Assembly (NCBI GenBank): GCA_029570205.1
Contig: JAKQSI010000048.1
Span: 20,857-84,856 of the forward strand
DNA from: Candidatus Omnitrophota bacterium
GTDB taxonomy: Bacteria; Hinthialibacterota; Hinthialibacteria; Hinthialibacterales; JAKPRU01
Reading direction: 5' to 3'
Length of the DNA: 64,000 nucleotides
Part shown: positions 10,223 to 18,474 of the stretch, in pieces
Numbering within the stretch: position 1 is the stretch's first letter
How the letters are laid out: the number at the start of each line of letters is the position of its first letter
The notes under the pieces: generated by a model
Seen by the model: the letters and a program-made list of their open reading frames with translations, nothing else
Told to the model about the DNA's origin: nothing
The model's database searches: none
Made by a program: the position numbers and the translations under genes

Positions 10223-11803
10223 ATGAGACACCTAGAACAGCAGGAAGAGCGACGCCTTGCCCTTCAGACGCAGCTTGATGCGATGAAGACTCAAGCGGAA
10301 AGAAATCGCTTTGGGCAATTTGCCACACCGACCGCTCTAGCTGTCGATATTCTTGAATATGCAAAAACCATATTCCCCAGAGAGATGCCCGTTCGCTTTC
10401 TCGATCCGGCAATTGGAACAGGCTCCTTCTATTCCGCCTTTCTCCGGGTGTTTGGCAACACAACCGCACAGTGGGCAGTGGGCTATGAAGTTGACAAGCA
10501 TTATGCATTTCCTGCGCGGCAATTGTGGGACGCGTATCCACTCGATATTCGTGTTGATGATTTCACCAAGTCCGATCCTCCGATCGAGGAGGCAAGCAAG
10601 GCGACACTCGTGATCTGCAATCCGCCCTATGTTCGTCACCATCATATAAAGTGCACTGAAAAGGAGCGCCTTCACAGTATTCTCTTGATGAATCACGGAA
10701 TTTCTCTCTCTGGACTGAGCGGTCTTTATTGTTATTTCCTTTGTTTATCAAAGAAATGGATGGCACATGATGCGATTGCAGGATGGCTTATCCCCAGCGA
10801 GTTCATGGACGTGAACTACGGAAGAGCCGTGAAGGAGTTTCTGCTGGATCATGTGACATTGCTTCACATCCATCGTTTCTCACCGGAGGACACTCAGTTC
10901 AGCGATGCGCTGGTTTCTTCCGCTGTCGTATGGCTCAAGAACGCCACACCGCCACAAGGTCATCATGTCAGATTTTCTCTTGGCGGTTCACTACTAAGGC
11001 CTGTCAATGAGCAGACGTATTCTATTGATGTCTTATGTAAAATAGGCAAATGGACCTCCCTTCCACAGGCACACAGTCAAAGAAGTCTTGGCAGGCCCAG
11101 ATGGATCATCGGTGATTTCTTTGATGTCAAAAGAGGAATTGCCACCGGTGCCAATGACTTCTTTGTGTTGTCAGCCGAAGAAGCACTCCGCCGGTGCATT
11201 CCGCAGGAATTTCTTGTCCCGATTCTGCCCAGTCCACGATACCTCAAGTCCGACTTGATTGACGGCAATGAAACAGGGATTCCCCAAATTGAAAAACAGG
11301 TCTTCTTGTTCTCAAGTGAGTTATCTGAAGAACAGATTCAGAGACAGTATCCCCCTGTCTGGAGATACCTTCAGGAGGGACATGAACAGGGAATTCCTGA
11401 ACGGTACATCTGCCGGAATCGTGATCCCTGGTATTCCCAGGAAAAGCGAGCTGTTGCACCATTCCTTTGCACCTATATGGGCCGCTCAAGTCAACAGGAG
11501 AACTCGAAGCCTTTTCGGTTCATTCTGAATCGATCTCAGGCAATTGCCGGAAACGTTTATTTGATGCTTTACCCCAAATCCTGGGTCAGAAAGAGGATGA
11601 TAGAAGACCCCCATCTTCTGGAAGAGGTTTGGCGTGCTTTCAACACGATTCCTATTGAGAGTCTTCTTGGGAATGGGCGGATTTATGGCGGTGGCCTCCA
11701 CAAGATTGAACCCAGAGAATTGCTCTATGCACCTGCGGGGTCGCTTGCCTCACTTTTTCAGCATAACATCGATCCGCGTAGTGTTCAGACGACCCTTTTT
11801 TAG
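10223..11803 (+). CDS. gamma-class N6-adenine-specific DNA methyltransferase (Eco57I/TaqI-like)
   Basis: Motif X 'FGQFATPTALAVDIL', motif I 'FLDPAIGTGSFYSAF' and motif IV 'NPPY' in gamma order. It has a long C-terminal target-recognition region. A TTG at 10205 is an alternative start overlapping the REase stop. Confidence 0.8.
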   Translation: MRHLEQQEERRLALQTQLDAMKTQAERNRFGQFATPTALAVDILEYAKTIFPREMPVRFLDPAIGTGSFYSAFLRVFGNTTAQWAVGYEVDKHYAFPARQLWDAYPLDIRVDDFTKSDPPIEEASKATLVICNPPYVRHHHIKCTEKERLHSILLMNHGISLSGLSGLYCYFLCLSKKWMAHDAIAGWLIPSEFMDVNYGRAVKEFLLDHVTLLHIHRFSPEDTQFSDALVSSAVVWLKNATPPQGHHVRFSLGGSLLRPVNEQTYSIDVLCKIGKWTSLPQAHSQRSLGRPRWIIGDFFDVKRGIATGANDFFVLSAEEALRRCIPQEFLVPILPSPRYLKSDLIDGNETGIPQIEKQVFLFSSELSEEQIQRQYPPVWRYLQEGHEQGIPERYICRNRDPWYSQEKRAVAPFLCTYMGRSSQQENSKPFRFILNRSQAIAGNVYLMLYPKSWVRKRMIEDPHLLEEVWRAFNTIPIESLLGNGRIYGGGLHKIEPRELLYAPAGSLASLFQHNIDPRSVQTTLF

Positions 11804-11832
11804 TTCGTTCAGATCGGCTTCTCCGAATTCCC

Positions 11833-11915
11833 GGAGATCCGTTGATCACCACAGACCCGCCCTTCCGCATTCCTCTTTCCGTTTGATACCGGTTGAAGTA
11901 GGATTTTGAGATAAC
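11833..11915. repeat. right copy of the ~80-bp imperfect direct repeat
   Basis: GGAGATCCGTTGAT...TCCTCTTTCCGTTTGATACCGGTTGAAGTAGGATTTTGAGATAAC. It lies between the MTase stop and the glgP start. Confidence 0.6.
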
Positions 11916-11955
11916 GAATACAGGGAATTGGTTTTTCCATGGAGGATTGAAAAAC

Positions 11956-14505
11956 ATGCTTCGAAAATTCGTGGTCGCGCCACGTATTCCGGATTCGCTG
12001 AAACGGGTCCGGGAAATCGCTTACAACATCTGGTGGAGCTGGGACAAAGAGGCCATTGAACTGTTTCGCCGCCTGGACCGGATCCTCTGGGAACAATGCT
12101 ACCAGAATCCCGTTCGGATGTTGGGCTGCCTTTCGCAGGAGCGATACGAATTTCTTGCGAACGACGAAAGCTATCTCTCCCACCTGGAACGGGTGGCCGC
12201 GAAACTGGATGCTTATCTGAAGGCGCATACCTGGTTCGGCGAACAATCCTGCCCCATCAAGACATTTCGAGTTGCCTACTTCTCCGCCGAGTTCGGTCTG
12301 ACCGACTCTCTGCCGATCTACAGCGGCGGTCTCGGAATCCTTGCCGGCGACCATCTGAAATCCGCCAGCGACCTGGGCATTCCCCTCGTGGGAGTCGGGC
12401 TGCTTTACCGGCTGGGGTATTTTCGTCAGTACTTGAGCGTGGATGGCTGGCAGCAGGAGCTCTACCCGGAAAACGATTTCTACAACATGCCGGTGGAACT
12501 GGAGCGTGACGACAAAGGAAATCCGCTCCGAATTTCCGTCGAATACCCTCAAGGAGAGGTCAAAGCGCAAATCTGGCGGGTCAATGTGGGACGGGTCAAA
12601 TTGTACTTCCTGGACACGAACATTGAGGAGAACGCGCCGGAGAGCCGCCCCATTACGGGGCAACTTTATGTAGCCGATCAGGACATGCGGATTCGCCAGG
12701 AAATCATGATGGGGGTGGGCGGAGTGCGTGCCCTGCGTGCCCTGGGGATATCCCCCATGGTGTATCACATGAACGACACCCACCCGGCATTTCTGGCTAT
12801 TGAACGCCTTCGCGAAGTAATGACGGAGCACAAATTAACCTTTGAGGAGGCCTGTGAAGTAGTCACCGCCGGAACCGTCTTTACCACCCACACCCCGGTC
12901 CCCGCGGGCAATGAAACCTTCCCACCGGAATTGATCGACCGCTACTTCTCCACGTTCTATCCTCAGCTCACTCTCAACAGAGAAAGATTCCTCGCACTCG
13001 GTCGGATCGATCCGCACAACCGTGCCGAACCGTTCGGCATGACCGTGATGGCCTTGCGCCTTTCAGGAAGACACAACGGAGTCAGCCGTCTGCATGGTGA
13101 GGTCGCTCGGAAAATGTGGAATCCGCTCTGGAAAGATGTTCCGCAGGCCGAGATCCCTATCATGCACATCACCAATGGTGTGCATATCAATACCTGGATC
13201 TCTAATGATCTGGTGGGGTTGTATGATCGTTATATCGGTCCTCGCTGGACGCTGACCCCGGCGGATCAGAGCATCTGGAAACGGGTGGACCAGATTCCCG
13301 ATGCGGAATTGTGGCGGACGCATGTCCGACGGCGTGAACGGCTGGTCGCGTTTGCGCGACGGCGTTTACGGATGCAATTGACAAAACGGGGCGCACCCCG
13401 CGCCGAAATTGAGCAGTCCGATGAGATCCTGGACCCGGAAGCCCTCACCATCGGATTTGCGCGACGATTTGCCACGTACAAACGCGGAACACTGCTGTTC
13501 ACCGATTTGAATCGACTGAAACGAATCCTCTCTAATCCGGAACGGCCGGTCCAGATTATCTATTCCGGAAAAGCCCATCCCGCCGATAACGCCGGAAAGG
13601 AACTCATTCGACAGGTCATCCAACATGCACGCACAGAGGATTTTCGCCGAAGAATTGTGTTTCTCGAGGACTATGATGTGAAAGTTACCCGATACCTGGT
13701 CCAGGGCGCCGATGTCTGGCTCAATACACCCCTTCGGCCCATGGAGGCCAGCGGAACCAGCGGCATGAAAGCCGCGGCGAATGGGGCGCTCAACATGAGT
13801 ATCCCCGACGGCTGGTGGCCGGAGGCCTACGATGGAACCAACGGCTGGACCATCGGGCAGGGCGAGGACTACTCGGACCGGAATTACCAGGACCGGGTCG
13901 AAAGTCAGGCCATCTACGACATGCTGGAAAAAGAAGTCATCCCCATGTTTTACAACCGGGGATCCGACAATATCCCGCGTGAGTGGCTGAAGGCGATGAA
14001 ATCCACTTTGCGCACCATCTGCCCCGTGTTCAATACCAACCGGATGGTGAAAGAATACATGGAACGCTCCTACCTCCCATCGGCGACACGGTGGGCACAT
14101 CTCACAGTCGATGACATGGCCCGCGCAAAGGCGTTGGCTGCCTGGAAACAGAAAGTCTCTTCCGAATGGAAAAATCTCAAAATCCTTCATGTCGAAACGG
14201 ATATGCCGGAGAACGTGGAGGTCAACGTCTCTTTTGTGGTTTCCGCCGAAGTGCAGCTGGGCGGATTGGCCCCCAAGGACGTCGCGGTGGAACTGTACTT
14301 CGGACCGTTGGACTCCCAGGGGAATATCGCCTCAGCGGAGGTCGCTCCGATGACTCTCCAGCACACGCTGGGCGCAGGACGCTATAAGTTCAATACGCTG
14401 GTATCCTGCTCCACCAGCGGTCAACATGGCTACACAGTCCGCATCCGGCCCTCGCATGAGGATTTGTCCAGCCGGCACGAAACCGGCCTGCTGTGCTGGT
14501 ATTGA
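11956..14505 (+). CDS. glgP: alpha-glucan (glycogen/maltodextrin) phosphorylase, alpha-glucan-family type
   Basis: GGAGGA RBS 9 nt before ATG 11956. N-terminal DUF3417-like region (IWWSWDKEAIELF). PLP-lysine motif 'EASGTSGMKAAANGALN'. ~850 aa. Confidence 0.8.
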   Translation: MLRKFVVAPRIPDSLKRVREIAYNIWWSWDKEAIELFRRLDRILWEQCYQNPVRMLGCLSQERYEFLANDESYLSHLERVAAKLDAYLKAHTWFGEQSCPIKTFRVAYFSAEFGLTDSLPIYSGGLGILAGDHLKSASDLGIPLVGVGLLYRLGYFRQYLSVDGWQQELYPENDFYNMPVELERDDKGNPLRISVEYPQGEVKAQIWRVNVGRVKLYFLDTNIEENAPESRPITGQLYVADQDMRIRQEIMMGVGGVRALRALGISPMVYHMNDTHPAFLAIERLREVMTEHKLTFEEACEVVTAGTVFTTHTPVPAGNETFPPELIDRYFSTFYPQLTLNRERFLALGRIDPHNRAEPFGMTVMALRLSGRHNGVSRLHGEVARKMWNPLWKDVPQAEIPIMHITNGVHINTWISNDLVGLYDRYIGPRWTLTPADQSIWKRVDQIPDAELWRTHVRRRERLVAFARRRLRMQLTKRGAPRAEIEQSDEILDPEALTIGFARRFATYKRGTLLFTDLNRLKRILSNPERPVQIIYSGKAHPADNAGKELIRQVIQHARTEDFRRRIVFLEDYDVKVTRYLVQGADVWLNTPLRPMEASGTSGMKAAANGALNMSIPDGWWPEAYDGTNGWTIGQGEDYSDRNYQDRVESQAIYDMLEKEVIPMFYNRGSDNIPREWLKAMKSTLRTICPVFNTNRMVKEYMERSYLPSATRWAHLTVDDMARAKALAAWKQKVSSEWKNLKILHVETDMPENVEVNVSFVVSAEVQLGGLAPKDVAVELYFGPLDSQGNIASAEVAPMTLQHTLGAGRYKFNTLVSCSTSGQHGYTVRIRPSHEDLSSRHETGLLCWY

Positions 14506-14582
14506 GGATTTGCGCAGGCGGGGAGGGCGATAGTGTGGATCATGGCCGGGACGTCCATGCCACGGTGTGGCACGAACCGGTA

Positions 14583-17066
14583 CTAGCCTTCTACCTTGTC
14601 CTCCAGCAAGTTCAACTCCTCTACAATTTCCCACCCACCTTTTGGAGTAACTCGGATCGTTTTAATCTCATGTGGGGATACAGGAAACGAAATCTCACGA
14701 TTCCAGTACGGAAAACGGACAACTACCGTTCCCTCTTTGCCCTCGGATTCGTATCCCCGAAGGACTACTGTATCGTCATCCTCGGCTATTTTCAGAACAG
14801 TCGGGACAAAATGTTCGCTGTCGCACTCGGTAAATGAGGCGGACAGCGGCAAATCCCCCGAATGCGCGGATTCCTGGTGAAGCCACAGAGGTTCGTTCAA
14901 TCCCCATGCCTTTCGCGGGATATGCGCACCCTGCCAGGGACCGGAATGCGGCACCAGGACAAATCGTATAGTTTGCTCGCCCAAATCCATGTAACGAATC
15001 GGCTCGCTTGTATCGACACGGGCCGGATCATGGTGCGCGTAAGCCGGGCTGCGAACCAGCGATATCCGCAAAGTCTTGTCCAGGACATCGTAGCCGAACT
15101 TGCAGTCATTGATAACCGAAAAGCCATAAGGAACGGACTCATCGTTTATCGTCATTCCGTTGCCGGTTAAATCAATCCAGGATTGTCCCGGTTCCTCATT
15201 CCCAGTCTTCGTGCGCTCAATACAGCCGTAGGGAACATCAAAGGTTGCTTTCCCGCCCACTATTCTCGTCTTGAAGGCAATCTTGAGGAAGCGGTAGCAT
15301 TCCTGCCAATTCAAGTGAAGCGTTGCATGAATATCGGGAATATCGCGGTACAGGCTCAAATGAACCTCAGCGGTTGACCGATTGTATTCATAGGTTATTC
15401 GCAAAGTTGCCATACACGGCCCGGAGTCGAGTATCCGAATTGATTTCAGTTGAAATCGGCCGTCTTCAACGCGCCAGCCGTCAATCCCGTGGCTCCAGGT
15501 ATCGGATTGGTCCGCCATCACACAGAGCGAAAGGCCGCGCTCCAGCGTCTCCACCTTGTTCTTCTTATCATACAGGGAAACAACTTCGCCGGATTGCCCA
15601 TCAACGCGAATCCGCCAGTAGTCGTTTTCTAATAGTCCCGGTTTGATGTGCAGCATTCGCTTGCTTTCCTGTTTGCGGGCCGTGCCCGGCAACGGAATTC
15701 CGCGGTAGGTTCGATATCCCAATCCCGGGACATCGGCAAGAAACAGAAGATCGCGATTCCCAACTTGCTGACCCACGATGTCTTGTGATGGAATCTCCTT
15801 CCCCGAATCATCCACAATGCGCAGGAATCTTCCAAGGAAGTGCTTTATAGAGGATGGAACCCGGACGGGTGACGTGATCCGCCATGGTAATGGATTAAAG
15901 ACAACCATATTCCGCCCTTCGCCCGTTGTGTCGATCCGCTTTGCGATCTCTTGGATTACACGATTACGGATCTTGTCGGTAGTGAATAATACGGAGCCGT
16001 ACGCATTCCGCACATCCTGATATGCCGCTTCAATGCTCGTTCCCGCAAGGATATCGTGAAACTGGTTGCACAGTACTGTCTCCCAAGCCTCCCGGATACT
16101 TTCGCGCCGGTCCGGCAGATTTTGCAGAACCGTACCGACAGCCGACCACCGCTCCGCCTGCATAAGCGCGTGTTCGCACTGGCGATTCAGTCTCTTGACT
16201 TCGGAGTGCGAGGTGTAACACCCGCGCGCATGATGCTGCAAGTCGGTTCGAACAACGGGAAGGCTCTCTGTGCAAAGAGTCTCCGTTAGACATTGGTAAT
16301 AGCGGCTGAGAGTGCTGAAGCAAATCGGCGGATTATTTCGGTCGCTCTGAAGATCCTGGATAATGCGAATGCACTTCTTTGTGGGGCCGCCACCGTGGTT
16401 TCCGATTCCGAAGAAGAACATCTCGTGCCGTTGGTCCGGATGCCGGTATGGTCCGGGTTGCAGTTCGTGGAATCGTTTCTCCAGACCCTCCGGGAGTACA
16501 TCATAGCAAATCGGTATGCAGCCGGCGAGAACACGACTGCCATCCCGTGCTTCCCACTGGAAATGCAGGTACGCATATTTCATTTCGGTATCCGGCGCCG
16601 GTCGCATATAGGTATAGGTAGAGAATCCGGATTTCTTTAATATCTGCGGCAACGTCCCCGTGTGGCCGAACGCATCCGGATTGAATGCTTCGGTTACCGT
16701 AAGGCCGAAATGTGTTCGAAAGAACCGCTGTCCATACAGGCCATGGCGCACGAGCGATTCACCGCCGGGGATGTTGCAGTCCGGCTCGACAATCCAGCCG
16801 CCGACTATGTTCCAGCGACCCTCTCGAACGCGATCCTGAATTTCCATGAACATCGGGGGATCGATTTCGAGTATCCATTTATAGAAGGCGGCGGAACCGG
16901 CAATAAAGCAAAGGTCCGGCGTCTCTTTCATTCGGTCCAGCGCTGATCGGAAGGTCGCGCGGATTTCCTCGTAGCCCTCCTGCCATCGCCAGAGCCACAC
17001 GGGGTCGATGTGTCCGTGGCCGATCGCGTGATAGGTAATTGTGTCGGATGTCGCGGCCTCTGTCAT
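14583..17066 (-). CDS. glycoside hydrolase family 38 alpha-mannosidase
   Basis: N-terminal 'HAIGHGHIDPVWLW' GH38 metal-site motif. ~830 aa. Start chosen at MTEAATS (GGAG 5 nt upstream). The ORF track extends to 17120. Confidence 0.75.
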   Translation of the reverse strand: MTEAATSDTITYHAIGHGHIDPVWLWRWQEGYEEIRATFRSALDRMKETPDLCFIAGSAAFYKWILEIDPPMFMEIQDRVREGRWNIVGGWIVEPDCNIPGGESLVRHGLYGQRFFRTHFGLTVTEAFNPDAFGHTGTLPQILKKSGFSTYTYMRPAPDTEMKYAYLHFQWEARDGSRVLAGCIPICYDVLPEGLEKRFHELQPGPYRHPDQRHEMFFFGIGNHGGGPTKKCIRIIQDLQSDRNNPPICFSTLSRYYQCLTETLCTESLPVVRTDLQHHARGCYTSHSEVKRLNRQCEHALMQAERWSAVGTVLQNLPDRRESIREAWETVLCNQFHDILAGTSIEAAYQDVRNAYGSVLFTTDKIRNRVIQEIAKRIDTTGEGRNMVVFNPLPWRITSPVRVPSSIKHFLGRFLRIVDDSGKEIPSQDIVGQQVGNRDLLFLADVPGLGYRTYRGIPLPGTARKQESKRMLHIKPGLLENDYWRIRVDGQSGEVVSLYDKKNKVETLERGLSLCVMADQSDTWSHGIDGWRVEDGRFQLKSIRILDSGPCMATLRITYEYNRSTAEVHLSLYRDIPDIHATLHLNWQECYRFLKIAFKTRIVGGKATFDVPYGCIERTKTGNEEPGQSWIDLTGNGMTINDESVPYGFSVINDCKFGYDVLDKTLRISLVRSPAYAHHDPARVDTSEPIRYMDLGEQTIRFVLVPHSGPWQGAHIPRKAWGLNEPLWLHQESAHSGDLPLSASFTECDSEHFVPTVLKIAEDDDTVVLRGYESEGKEGTVVVRFPYWNREISFPVSPHEIKTIRVTPKGGWEIVEELNLLEDKVEG

Positions 17067-17253
17067 TGTATCTCCGAAACCCTTTTGTGCCATGTAAAAC
17101 ACCTTGCACCGATGATACATAGACCCGGTGAATTAAGGAAAGGATTCCCCACAAGCATGGATCTCTTTACTGCACTAAACATTCCGGGCCGACTGTTCTA
17201 TCCTATCGCTGTCGGTGTTTTTCGGATTTACCCCCTCGGTAAGGAGAAAGATT

Positions 17254-18426
17254 ATGAATCATAACATTTTATTCGTCGCTGTCGCAGCAGGACTGGTTGT
17301 GTCCGCCTGTGGCGGTGCAGAGAAGAAGTCCGCCGATGTCCCCGCATCGCAGAATGCCCGGGTAATCAAACATGTGGTTGTCTACGGCGAGCCGGGCCGG
17401 TTCGGCGGATGGCCCGCGAATCACGGAATCTGGTCCTGGGACAATGAGATCCTTGTCGGATTCAGCAGGGGCTACTACAAAGACCTTGGCGATCGTCATC
17501 ACATCGATCGGGAAAAACCCGAGGAGCACCTCTTTGCCCGCAGCCTGGATGGCGGCGAAACCTGGAGTGTTGAAGATCCCTCGGATGTGATTATCCCCGA
17601 GGGAGACGCGCTTCACGGGATTCGACCTCCGCATCTGACACCGATTCCATTCAAAGACTGCCCGGGCGGCATCGATTTCACTCACCCGGATTTCGCGATG
17701 ACCCTTCGCATGACGAGTGTCGATGCCGGGCCATCCCGCTTCTATTACTCGTACGACCGCGGCCATCACTGGGAAGGTCCGTTTCGATTACCTTTGTTCG
17801 GGCAATCGGGTGTTGCGGCACGCACCGACTACATTGTAGATGGAAAGCATGAATGCATGTTGTTCCTCACGGCGGCAAAGGCCGATGGAAAAGAAGGGCG
17901 ACCCTTCTGTGCGCGGACCCGCGATGGAGGAAAGACATGGGATTTTCTTTCGTTTATCGGCCCGGAACCGAAAGGCTTTTCGATCATGCCGGCCGCTGTG
18001 CGCCTGTCGGAAACCGATATTCTGGTAGCGCTGCGTCATCAGGAAGAAACGAGACGTTTTATCGAAACGTACATATCGCACGACAACGGCAGATCGTGGA
18101 ACTACCTGAATACGCCCGTACCCGATACCGGTGAGGGAAATCCGCCCAGTATGATCAAACTGCGCGACGGCCGAATTTGTCTCTGCTATGGCTATCGTGC
18201 CAAGCCGTTTTCAATCTGCGCGAAATGGAGTCGAGATAACGGGAACACGTGGAGCGACACCGTCGTTCTGCGTAATGATGGCGCGAGTCGAGACATCGGC
18301 TACCCACGAATGGTCCAAAGACCCGACGGGAAAATTGTCAGCGTGTACTATTTCTGCGACTCATCCGCTCCGGAACGCTATATCGCGGCAACAATCTGGG
18401 ATCCGGGCGCTGAGCAAACGAATTAG
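17254..18426 (+). CDS. exported BNR/Asp-box repeat exo-alpha-sialidase-like glycosidase (lipoprotein)
   Basis: AAGGAGA RBS, then MNHNILFVAVAAGLVVSACGG lipoprotein signal. Four Asp-box motifs (SLDGGETWS, TRDGGKTW, SHDNGRSW, SRDNGNTWS). Confidence 0.65.
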   Translation: MNHNILFVAVAAGLVVSACGGAEKKSADVPASQNARVIKHVVVYGEPGRFGGWPANHGIWSWDNEILVGFSRGYYKDLGDRHHIDREKPEEHLFARSLDGGETWSVEDPSDVIIPEGDALHGIRPPHLTPIPFKDCPGGIDFTHPDFAMTLRMTSVDAGPSRFYYSYDRGHHWEGPFRLPLFGQSGVAARTDYIVDGKHECMLFLTAAKADGKEGRPFCARTRDGGKTWDFLSFIGPEPKGFSIMPAAVRLSETDILVALRHQEETRRFIETYISHDNGRSWNYLNTPVPDTGEGNPPSMIKLRDGRICLCYGYRAKPFSICAKWSRDNGNTWSDTVVLRNDGASRDIGYPRMVQRPDGKIVSVYYFCDSSAPERYIAATIWDPGAEQTN

Positions 18427-18474
18427 ACGAGGCGTTTTCCGCAGGTATCTACCAAGGAGTCAGGACGGTCCATA

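Larger units (their letters stand above)
7185..11915. other. horizontally acquired low-GC defence island (OLD-family nuclease + Type II R-M operon) delimited by direct repeats
   Basis: GC is ~43-50% inside versus ~55-62% in the flanks (hand counts of 120-nt samples). It is bracketed by the 7185-7262 and 11833-11915 repeats. It contains three co-oriented, overlapping genes. No integrase or transposase is seen. Confidence 0.55.
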
